Positions 26,470 through 37,278 of a stretch of 64,000 nucleotides of DNA are shown one piece after another (the stretch's first letter is position 1; each line of letters begins with the position of its first letter). The notes below the pieces were generated by a model. It was not told where the DNA came from and made no database searches. It saw only the letters and a program-made list of their open reading frames with translations. The DNA comes from Heptranchias perlo (taxonomy: Eukaryota), in assembly GCF_035084215.1 (NCBI RefSeq), contig NC_090352.1, forward strand, positions 1,612,001 through 1,676,000, written 5' to 3'. A program made the translations under genes and the position numbers.

Positions 26470-27660
26470 ATTTGAGACTGACTGTGGTATGTTATCTCTC
26501 CTAATCATTCAGGATCTTTCTGCATCCTTCAACATGGTTAACCATAACATCCTGTTCCATTGTCTTTTCTCTGTAGTCCACCTCCCTGACACTGCACTCT
26601 TATGGTTCCAGCCTTACCTGTTCCAATATAGCCAGTATATCTCCTGCAATGATTTCATGTCCAGCATTGACATAATCACCTTCACTGCACCACAAGGTTC
26701 TAACCCTGGTCCCTTCCTATTCTTCATCTATATGTTGCCCATCAGCAACATTATCTAAGCACAGGTCCAGCTTTAATATGTATCCAGCTTTAACTCTCCA
26801 GTATCACCCTTGAGTCCACAATTGTCACTATTCTGTCAGGCTGTTTGTCCAACATCAAGTTATGGACGAACCAGAATTTGTTACAACTCAGCCTTGGCAA
26901 GACTGAAACCATCTTGTTTGGCTGATGATGGAAACTCCTTCCTAGTTCCTTTCCCATTTCCCTTCCTACATAACAGTGAATGCATTTGGTAAGTTGGTTG
27001 TGAAGCACATTGAAAGTCCTGTGGATGTGATAAAGTGCTGTATAAATGTGAACTCGTCCTTTTGCTTTCCATGCCCGGCCCAAGCTCGGCCATATGGCAT
27101 GCAAGCTTGGCAGCTGCCAGTGAGCTGAACTTCAAACCCCACATCCACGTCAAGGCTGCCAATTTCGGCCTCTAGAACATCACTCGTCTCAACTCCTTCC
27201 TCACCTCCACTGCCACTGAAACCCTCAGCTGCAATTTTGCTACTTTTGGACTCGACTTTCCCAGTGCCTTCCTCGCTGGCCTCTTATCCAGAACTCCACC
27301 TATCCTGCACAATGTCCCGCTCACCTATTGATCCGATACTCGCTGACCTCGATTCGCTATCTGTCTCTCAGTGCATTGGTTTTAAAATCCTCTTGTTTAT
27401 CCTTCCACAGCTGTGCCCTTTGTTACTTCCACAGCCTCCTGCTTGCCCTACCATTGGTGGTAACGCTCTCCACCATCTTTCCCTTGCACTCTGGTGTTCC
27501 TTCCCTAAACCCTCTCTGTTTCACCACCTTCGAAACCCTTCTTAAAACCTACCTTTCTGACTATGCTTTCGGTCACCTCTCACCTACTCCTGCACAGGTC
27601 TTCCAACTGTCGGGCCATGGAATGTTTCATTGCATTAAAGATGCTATTTGTTGTAATCTT
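26470..27660 (+). mobile_element. Decayed L2 LINE, with a SINE-tail insert at ~26960-27060
   Basis: DLSASFNMVNHNIL, ALLWFQPYL, APQGSNPGPFLFFIYMLP; L2 3' end. Confidence 0.85.
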
Positions 27661-27729
27661 AAACCCAATATCCACTATTGCATTTCCAGCAGGGGTCACT
27701 TGATAGCAATCCAGAATGAGGCTCCGGGT

Positions 27730-27860
27730 GCATTTGTTTTGCTTGACCCATGTTGTAGTCACTTAAAGCATCCCTACTACTGCCCTGGCTGAGATCGGTT
27801 GATCAGCACAGGCCAGAGATCAAACTTGAGATCTTACTGGTCTATATGGTTGAACGCACA
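27730..27860 (-). mobile_element. SINE family A 5' fragment
   Basis: Reverse complement of ccatatagaccagtaagatc..ctgtgctgatcaaccgatctcagccc matches 11070-11130. Confidence 0.55.
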
Positions 27861-29614
27861 TTACTTTTTCTTTTTAGGGAAAGAGCATTGGCTAGTCCCC
27901 CCCATCGTGATAGTGCATGCTAAATTTAAAGTTTCCTTTCTTTGACATGGTATTTCTACATTTTCAGGCTTTTTGTAAAAATGATCATTTACTTTTATTT
28001 ATTTTAAACATTTCAGTGTGTGTATATATATATGTACTTAAATGTACTAGGAAAGATATAAAATTAAATGGCAATTTTTGCATAGGAGGATGGACTGTAA
28101 TGAATAGATTCGGATGATAACAGTGTAGTACCTTACAACTGAAAAGTAAACTGGATATTCTACCTTTAATGTAGTCTAGAATTTTAACCTAACTTTAAAC
28201 TATTTTGTTCCTTTTTGATTCAGTTTTCGCTTGAGAGTTTGATAGTTATACATGCACACATACAGAATACATTTATTCTGCCTTAATTCAGTACTCCAGC
28301 TGAAATTTCTGTGCAGTGAATTAGATTGGGAGGTTGAATGCTTTCCCTGTGGAATTCAATCATGTTGAGAGCGCTGAGTGCAGGACATCAGTCATCAGTC
28401 ACTGTCTAGCGTTGCTGTCTGCAGTCAATCAGTCATAGTGTCAGCTAGTCATGTCTGTGGTAATGTGTCTTTCGTAACATTCAATCAGTTGTGTGTTAAC
28501 ACTGTTATGTGGACGCTTGTGTTTTTGGGATGAAAAAAGAGCTGATGGTTTTAACAGGAAAGGGAAGTAGCCGTGTTTGCTTATCTGTGAAAAAAGTAAT
28601 TTGTCAGAATCAGTAGCAACACATTCTATCAGCAGTGTGACGACTCTGTACTGGAATTGCAGTACAGTGAGTGATTTCATTCAGTACATTAGTGACCTAC
28701 ATTGAAAATTCTGCATGTTCAGATTCCATGCAGACAAATGGCAGACACCTTTTCTTTTTCTTTTGTTTAAAGCAGACCTCGACTACACTAGTTACTCCTC
28801 AGGACGAGCTTGTTGGATGTCATGATTTCTTAATGCAGTTTCATCATTAATAAGATCAATGGCCCATTTTTTAAATATTTGGCTCTATTATACTTTTTAG
28901 ATATGTAATTATATGAACATGTCAAAACAGTAATTGTAGTTCATAATATTCAAGCATCCTGCAGGTCTCTGAATATCTGGTACAACATAGCAATTTATTC
29001 TGCAGAAGAGTTGTATTACAATGCAGTTTTAGGTTTGCTTCACTGATGTGCCTGCCTGAAACTGGTTAGTAACAATCTTGGGAAATTGTTAATCAGAATC
29101 TATCAGCTTTTAATCAGTTTTCAATTGTGTGTAGCAATCTTGCTAATCAAATCCTTCAAATAATTTTGAGACCCATCAAGTGAGGTGAAAATTGAAAAGG
29201 CGCAGTTAAGTACTTTACGTTTGTAAGATTTATTTGCATCTCAGCACTTTGTGATTGTCTATTTCAAAAACAGCATTCATCCTTTCATGTAATGATATTG
29301 AGGTTTTTCTATCCGACTGATATTTGTGCTTGCTTCTAGTTTCATCTATTTCATTCTTACTGCACATTTTGCCCAAAAGATCAGGAATAAATTGCAGTAG
29401 AAATACTTGCAGTAGCTGTGTTTATCCTTACCTATGATGCACCCTCAGGAGTTGCTACAGGACTTTCGCTTGGAGGTGTGGATATTGTGAACTCATGCTT
29501 TTTAATTTTGCTTGGTTGTGGTAATTACACAGTGTGGTCGTACCAGACCAGAAGATCTAATAATGGCTCCCATGTTGAGTAGGTTGGCAACACTCACTAT
29601 CAAAGTTTACACAT

Positions 29615-30755
29615 AAACAGAAGGAGGCCATTCAGCCCCTAGAGCCTGTTCTGCCATTGTATTAGATCTTGGATGATCTGCACCTCAACTCCATGATCCA
29701 CATCCCTTGCTACTCATATCTAACAAATATCTATCTATCTCAGTCTTGGAAATGTTAATTGACCCAGCATCCACAGCCTTTTGGGAGAGAATATTCCAGA
29801 TTCCCAATACCCTTTATGTGGAAAAAGTGCTTCCTGATTTCACTCCTGGATTTTCCTTTGTTCTGGATTCCCCCACCAGAGAACATCGTTTCTCGGTACC
29901 TACCCTATCGAAACCCTTTATCATTTTAAACACCTCGATTAGATAACCCCTTAACCATCTAAACTCAAGGGATTACAACCCAAGTTTATGCAACCTGTTC
30001 TCATAATATATAACCCTTTAAACCCCAGTATTGTTCTGATGAATCCAAGGCAAAAATATATTTTGTGAGGTTCGGTACCCAAACCTGAACACAGTATTCC
30101 AGATGGGGTTTGACCTCTGTACAACTGAAGCATCAATTCCTTACTTTTGCATCCAGTCCCCTTGAGATAAAGGCCAACATTCCATTTGTCTTTTTGATAA
30201 CTTTTTGTACACTGGCTCTTAGTGATTTGTGTACCTGGACACCTTTGCTCCTCCACAGCTCCTAGTCTCTCCCCATTAAGAAAATATTACAATTTGTCTT
30301 TCTTTTAATGGATGGTGTCACACTTCCTCATATTGAACTCCATCTGGCATAGTTTTACCCACTCCCTTAATCTGTCTATGTCCCTTTGTAATTTCCTGCT
30401 CCCATCTACACAACTTACTATGCCTCCTAATTTATTGTTGTCTGCAAACTTGGATATACAACTCTATTCCTTCATCCAAGTCATTGATATATATGATGAA
30501 AAGCTGAGGCCCAATATAGATCCTCGGGGAACACCACTTGTCACATCCCACCAATCATACAAATGTGAACATCAGAGAAATTTCCCTTTATCCCTACTTC
30601 CCACCTCCCAAACAATTGCCAACCCATGTCACAAGGTCACCTCCAATATCGTGTTCTTTCATTATTGCTGATAACCTCCTGTGTGGAACCCTAACAAATG
30701 CCTTCTGAAAGTCCTTATGGACAATATCCGTAGACACTTCCCTTTCCACCATACT
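29615..30755 (-). mobile_element. Decayed CR1 LINE
   Basis: Minus-strand remnants DFQKAFVRVPH, SGVPRGSILG, FADNNKLGG; CR1 3' UTR at 29615-29760. Confidence 0.85.
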
Positions 30756-30757
30756 AG

Positions 30758-31801
30758 GATAGAATCATAGAATCATAGAATCATAGAAGTTACAACATGG
30801 AAACAGGCCCTTCGGCCCAACATGTCCATGTCGCCCAGTTTATACCACTAAGCTAGTCCCAATTGCCTGCACTTGGCCCATATCCCTCGATACCCATCTT
30901 CCCCATGTAACTGTCCAAATGCTTTTTAAAAGACAAAATTGTACCCGCCTCGACTGCTGCCTCTGGCAGCTCGTTCCAGACACTCACCACCCTTTGAGTG
31001 AAAAAATTGCCCCTCTGGATCCTTTTGTATCTCTCCCCTCTCACCTTAAATCTGTGCCCCCTCGTTATAGACTCCCCTCCCTTTGGGAAAAGATTTTGAC
31101 TATCGACCTTATCTATGCCCCTCATTATTTTATAGACTTCGATAAGATCACCCCTTAACCTCCTACTCTCCAGGGAAAAAAGTCCCAGTCTGTCTAACCT
31201 CTCCCTGTAAGTCAAACCATCAAGTCCCGGTAGCATCCTAGTAAATCTTTTCTGCACTCTTTCTAGTTTAATAATATCCTTTCTATAATAGGGTGACCAG
31301 AACTGTACACAGTACTCCAAGTGTGGCCTCACCAATGCCCTGTACAACTTCAACAAGACATCCCAACTCCTGCATTCAATGTTCTGACCAATGAAACCAA
31401 GCATGCTGAATGCCTTCTTCACCACCCTATCCACCTGTGACTCCACTTTCAAGGAGCTATGAATCTGTACTCCTAGATCTCTTTGTTCTATAACTCTCCC
31501 CAACGCCCTACCATTAACGGAGTAGGTCCTGGCCTGATTCGATCTACCAAAATGCATCACCTCACATTTATCTAAATTAAACTCCATCTGCCATTCATCG
31601 GCCCACTGGCCCAATTTATCAAGATCCCGTTGCAATCCTAGATAACCTTCTTCACTGTCCACAATGCCACCAATCTTGGTGTCATCTGCAAACTTACTAA
31701 CCATGCCTCCTAAATTCTCATCCAAATCATTAATATAAATAACAAATAACAGCGGACCCAGCACCGATCCCTGAGGCACACCGCTGGACACAGGCATCCA
31801 G
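30758..31801 (-). mobile_element. Young 5'-truncated CR1 LINE with open ORF2 C-terminus
   Basis: WMPVSSGVPQGSVLGP..FADD..GYGPSAGNWD uninterrupted; (ATTCTATG)3 tail; about 98.5% identical to 8451-9481 by eye. Confidence 0.95.
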
Positions 31802-31859
31802 GTAAAAAAAAACCACACAAATGTATTCTGCTTTTCAGATGGATGATTCTGCCATTTCA

Positions 31860-32288
31860 CCTGTGTATTTCCCCCACCCCCACTTTTGATCTCTGACTCA
31901 TGTTGGGGTATGATTTCACAGGAGCTGGCTGCCCTTCGATACTTTATTTCAAATGGCCATTTTTTGTATATGAGCCTAAGGGGAAGTCGGGGAAGTCTGT
32001 TTAACTGTGGGGGCATCGCAGCTGAGCTTAATCCAATCTTTCCAGTGTCCACATAGGCACACTTCCTAGGAGCATAGTGATCAGGGATGAGGCACCTGGC
32101 TGATTCTCCCCCTGCCCCATCCATCTCTCTCTCTCTCTCTCTTTCTCTCTCTAGCCTGGATCACCGAGGCTAATTATAGTACTCATACTACCACCAGTGC
32201 AGCCCAGGAATTGAATCTGGGGTCACCCTAGTCTATATGACTCAGTACCACGTTGGTTGATGCTTTTAACCATTGAACCATGGGAGGG
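31860..32288 (-). mobile_element. Near full-length old SINE family A copy
   Basis: Minus strand has an A-box-like tggttcaatgg and B-box-like agattcaattcc, plus body blocks shared with 34165-34455 and 44140-44915; contains a (CT)n expansion. Confidence 0.65.
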
Positions 32289-32689
32289 TGAAGCTATGGT
32301 CATAATTTCCCAGTGCAGAATAAAAATCTTGAGCACTGATGTTGGACCAGGGTTTCCCACAGCAAAGGCTGCATAAATTGACTCAATTGATACCTTCTTT
32401 AAACATCTGATAAATACACATTAGAACATTTACTGATGCAGCAAATCAGGATTGCATGCAGACACAACTCCGTGAATGCAAATTGGGCTTCTGATCCATA
32501 GTAAAAATCCTCATGCTGCACTGCCAGTTTTGTTTGGAGCTGAGGTGCAGGGCAGTTGCACCAAGATAGTTTACAAGGCTGAGGTGAATCTCCTGTGGGT
32601 TTTAGCTGCTAATCAAAAGTCAACGCATGCGCTGGATAGGTAATTTAATACCTCCTGGTGCATGAACCAACATTGGATAGCTCTCTGTA

Positions 32690-32760
32690 TTAGCCCCTGG
32701 GGGATTGCATTCAGTTCAGGTTATCCTGACCTGAACTGAATGAGATCTCTGTGGGGCTGA
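32690..32760. repeat. 71-nt inverted repeat / hairpin
   Basis: Perfect 14-bp stem CATTCAGTTCAGGT/ACCTGAACTGAATG, 7-nt loop, extended by GGGAT/ATCTC and TTAGCCCC/GGGGCTGA. Confidence 0.8.
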
Positions 32761-32889
32761 AACCATAAACAGGACTTTAGAGAAAATGTTGATCTTGAGA
32801 CTTTGAGGTAGAGGGCATCTCTCAGCATTCCATTCAATGGTTGGGGACTTGGGGCCCCTTTTTATTCTATCTCTGCCTGTCACTGATTT

Positions 32890-32995
32890 TTGTAAACAAT
32901 TTTACAACACCAAGTTATAGTCCAGCAATTTTATTTTAAATTCACAAGCTTTCGGAGGCTACCTCCTTCCTCAGGTGAACGATGTGGAAAATCAT
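32890..32995 (-). mobile_element. 106-bp PLE pLTR 3'-end insertion
   Basis: Homologous to 1625-1714; flanked by direct repeat TGTCACTGATTT at 32878-32889 and 32996-33007. Confidence 0.88.
32941..32979 (-). ncRNA. Minimal type-I hammerhead ribozyme motif
   Basis: TTCAC-CTGAGGA-A-GGAG(gtagc)CTCC-GAA-AGCT-T-GTGAA on the minus strand. Confidence 0.83.
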
Positions 32996-34164
32996 TGTCA
33001 CTGATTTAGTATTTAGGTATAAAATGGCTCAATCAAAAGTTGATTTTCTTACCACAGAGGGAAGGCCAGCCTGCTGTAGTAATCTTATAAATTATTTGGG
33101 ATTTGCGAATCATTGTTTTAGGTAGGCAGGCTACTAAAATGTGCAGTCATTATCATCTGGATTTTGATAATTCTGGATTGAAATACTTCCTTGCGTTCTC
33201 TTACCGTGAGCACGTTCTAGTGCTAAAGTAAACTCAAATTCTCCATGTTCTCACTTGTAATGTTCAATATTTCCTTGTATTTTACAAGATTTACACAATT
33301 TGTTGCAGTTTTACAGCCGGGGGAATAACATTTTGATGTGAACCAGTCTTACTCTCTTTTATGTAAAAGATCACAGTTCACTGAAAATCATTATGTTTCA
33401 TGCTTTCACTACCGATGGCTTTTGCAGCTGTGTTCCATATTTCTTCTCGACCACAAGCAACAGCTCCTGATTTAGCACAATGACTGTATGTGTGCTGTTC
33501 TCTGCTCAGGCAGATTCCATGCACAGAATGAGCTTTTAACTTAATAGATGCTGCGGAGGTGGCAGGCTGCTGACAGTACAGTGCCTGGAATTGTCCTCAG
33601 ATTTTCTTATAAAATGTTTCTCCAGTTTATCAACTTTGAATTGGGCACAAATTGGTCACTTTTCCAGAAATGAGATAAAAATCAGGCTATACTAATTGTT
33701 TCAAGAGGATTCCTTGTGACTCAAACTCTAATGCTTCCAGTTTTTCTTCGTGTAAATGTCTGCATCTGCTTTGTGTTCTTTGTACTAATGCAATAATATG
33801 AAAAGCTAAATTTCTACATTAACAAAGAGCAAACTTTGAACAGCTATTTTAAAAAGGAACCATGACATTGGTTTTTAACAAAGCTTCCATCCTGCAGCCT
33901 GAGGGAAAGAAAGGGAAATATTTCTGTAACTTTACACCAATTGGTTTTCATCTCAATAACTCAATCACTTGCAGGAAACTTAGTATAATTGTTTACTTTA
34001 TCATGATAACATTTAAACATACGATAGACAGTAAAATTCAAGTTGGCTGCCTCCATATTTGAAAATATGGTAATTATTATAGGTCCAGCACTAGAAAAAT
34101 GTTGTAAGGTTAGTCTGCAGTTTTTTTTTAAAAAACCCCATAGATTAGGAATGGCACAGGCCCA

Positions 34165-34455
34165 TTCTGTGTCTCTGCTATGTTAAGCAGTCTCAGCTAG
34201 GATGATGGTGAGAGCATAACAGTTGGCCGATGGAGGGAAAAATTGGCCACGATTCAATTTTGTGATTCATGTCCAATGATTCATACTGGAAGTATGTTCG
34301 ATGAGAGCAATTCTTAATAGATCCTCATTCGAATACTCTGTCAACATCACATGAAGAATGACCACTCAAGTAAGGTATCGGAGAGATCTTGATGCCCATG
34401 AACTTGTATTGAAACTTGAGCCACCGCCACCAGAAGAAGAGAGGTGATGCGGGAA
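34165..34455 (+). mobile_element. SINE family A copy
   Basis: tctctgctatgttaagcagtctcagctaggg..catgaagaatgaccactcaagtaaggtatcggag blocks. Confidence 0.6.
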
Positions 34456-34619
34456 AAAGGTTGTCTAAATTTCTTTTACACTTTTTAGAAAGTAATGTGA
34501 ATTTAAGCAGAGAAAATTAATTCCAAAAAGGAATGAAGTACTTTTGGTTTAATTAAGAAAGTTGTAGCAGGCCACTTGAAAAAGGAAAAAAATAAAATCC
34601 CAGAGGATGAAAAGGGTAT

Positions 34620-35270
34620 TAGACCATTAAGGCCAATCAATCCAGAGTCCTTGTACGATTATTCTATAGTGGACTAATCCATCCCTACTTGTACCTACCA
34701 CCTGCTCATCCCCCACCTTAAAGAATATTAAGTTACTTCCCCACCTACCTTCCTAAAACAAATAGTGTTGTTAATATCTCCATAACCCTCAAGTCTGCTT
34801 CACCAACAGATATTGATCCAGCTTTCTTTTAAAGGTGGCAGATGAGGCTGAATCACTACCGTCTCCGGGGGCCTGTTCTACATTTCCACTTTTCCTGTTG
34901 GGGGAGTGGGGGAGTTTAATCTCTAAACTTTCTTAAGATGTGTGAGCTTTGTATTGTGTCCTCTAGTCCTACACTTCTTGTCCAAATTAAAGAGATTCTT
35001 GCTTCAACTTGATCTGTCATTATTTAAAGACCAGGATCATGTCTCCCCGAGCCTGTTTTTTTCCACTTGATCTTTTCTCTGTAACAGTACTCTAAGGCCT
35101 CGAATCAACTTGGACATCTTTCTGTGAACTCTTTTTAATGCATCTATATTGTTTTTGAGGTAGATTGACCAAAACTACACACCATACTCCAGAATTGGTC
35201 TCACTATTGATCTGTGCGATATTTTGTAACTTTTCTCTGTGTATTAAGTTGTGTGGCTTAAAAACTGCTT
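34620..35270 (-). mobile_element. Very old CR1-like LINE 3' fragment
   Basis: Minus-strand remnants of LY..LV..LEYGV.FWS and TRGHN motifs. Confidence 0.6.
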
Positions 35271-35999
35271 CTTTTAAGAGGTGTGCAATCCTCAATGTGG
35301 CTGTAACATTTCATGCTGGAAAATTGGCTATGCTTCTCTGGCCTCGCATGAAGCATATCAGAAAAAAGTGAAGCTGTTCATTATTAATAAACATAGTACC
35401 CGAGAAAAATAATATCCTAAGTACAAGGAACACTTAACATGGATCACTGGGCAATTAATCAATGTCGCAGTCTATTCAGGACAACTGTCATGTTTCAAGA
35501 CTACAGAAAGGATTTGGAAAAGGTGTCACTTTTAATGTTAAATTTTTAAGACAAAATGTATTCTAACAAGCTTATAAAAAGGTACCTAGACGAAAGGTTA
35601 ATATGCTAAATAAAAGTTGTTTTCCCCTTAACAATAGCTTGTCTAAGTAATTGAAAAACACCTCACACCCATTGTGTTGAAAATCTCTGATCCCTGTTTA
35701 TCTATGACGAAAGGGATAAATAGAGATACTCTTTTGAAACAGAAAGGTTGTGAAGGGAGTCAGATTTTGTTAAAGAAAAAGATGTGAGGACCTTTGCTGA
35801 GGCAAAGAGGTTAGAAATGCTGGAGGATTGTTAGAAGACATCCTATTGTGGGGACCGATGTGGGTAAGCATGGCATATTCTTTATTTTGAGTTTTTACTC
35901 AAAGATGAGTTGTACTGATTGCAATAAGTGAATATGATTATAACTTCTGTATGTTCACTCACTGTGAAATAAAGGAGCTTAACAATGCATATCAAGCCT

Positions 36000-36415
36000 T
36001 GCCTCGCCAACTGGGTGCACTATTGAGCTCCACACTTTAGGGAGGATATTGAGGCTTTCCAGAGGATACAACACAATTCATTGGGATGCTGCCTGGTTTG
36101 AGGAAATACAAATATAAGGAACGAGGTTTTTATTCATTAGAACAATGCAGATTATGGGTGTTTAAAATTGTAACTAGGTAGATAGAGTAGTTGAGTGGTC
36201 AAGAACGAGGGGCCATAGATACAAGATTAAATGTAAGAGATTTAGAACAGAGGGCAGGAGAAACTTTTTCACAGAGAGGGGCTGTGGAATTCACTTCCAG
36301 GGACAGTGGCTGAGGCAGAAACTATGTCATAATTCAAGATTAGATTCGATAGGTAGATGAAGGAAAAGGGGTTGAAGGGATTTGGGAACAGGGAGGGTAA
36401 ATGTGATGAGGACTA
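36000..36415 (+). mobile_element. Old CR1 3' fragment, resuming at 41357-41435
   Basis: RTRGHRYKIKCKRFRTEGRRNFFT; the 3' UTR (gggccaaatggcctgtttc..gtaacttctatg) lies after the nested LINEs. Confidence 0.8.
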
Positions 36416-37213
36416 TTTTTTTATTCGTTCATGGGATGTGGACGTCGCTGGCGAGGCTGGCATTTATTGCCCATCCCTAATTGCCCTTGAGAAGGTGGTG
36501 GTGAGCTGCCTTCTTGAACCGCTGCAGTGCGTGTGGTGAAGGTTCTCCCACAGTGCTGTTAGGAAGGGAGTTCCAGGATTTTGACCCAGCGATGATGAAG
36601 GAACGGCGATATATTTCCAAGTCGGGGTGGTGTGTGACTTGGAGAGGAACATGCAGGTGGTGTTGTTCCCATGTACCTGCTGCTCTTGTCCTTCTAGGTG
36701 GTAGAGGTCACGGGTTTGGGAGGTGCTGTCAAAGAAGCCTTGGCGAGTTGCTGCAGTGCATCCTGTGGATGGTACATACTGCAGCCATTGTGCGCCGGTG
36801 GTGAAGGGAGTGAATGTTTTGGGTGGTGGATGGGGTGCCAATCAAGCGGGCTGCTTTGTCCTGGATGGTGTCGAGCTTCTTGAGTGTTGTTGGAGCTGCA
36901 CTCATCCAAGCAAGTGGAGAGTATTCCATCAAACTCATGACTTGTGCCTTGTAGATGGTGGAAAGGCTTTGGGGAGTCAGGAGGTGAGTCACTCGCCGCA
37001 GAATACCCAGCGTCTGACCTGCTCTTGTAGCCACAGTATTTATATGGCTGCTCCAGTTAAGTTTCTGGTCAATGGTGACCCCCAGGATGTTGATGGTGGG
37101 GGATTCGGCGATGGTAATGCCGTTGAATGTCAAGGGGAGGTGGTTAGACTCTCTCTTGTTGGAGATGGTCATTGCCTGGCACTTGTCTGGCACGAATGTT
37201 ACTTGCCACTTAT
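36416..37213 (-). mobile_element. APE-RT non-LTR element (CR1-group), copy 1, 3' part
   Basis: KWQVTFVPDKCQAMTISNKR..YKAQVMSLMEYSPLAW; 3' UTR with AATAAA and A-rich tail. Confidence 0.92.
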
Positions 37214-37278
37214 TTTTAAAAAAAATTTGTTCACGGGATGTGGGCGTCGCTGGCAAGGCCGGCATTTATTGCCCATCC

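Noticed and set aside
30853-32124. 423-aa ORF as a novel fusion protein
   Set aside because: Only 30853-31801 is CR1 RT; the N-terminal ~107 aa is chance read-through of flank and SINE sequence.
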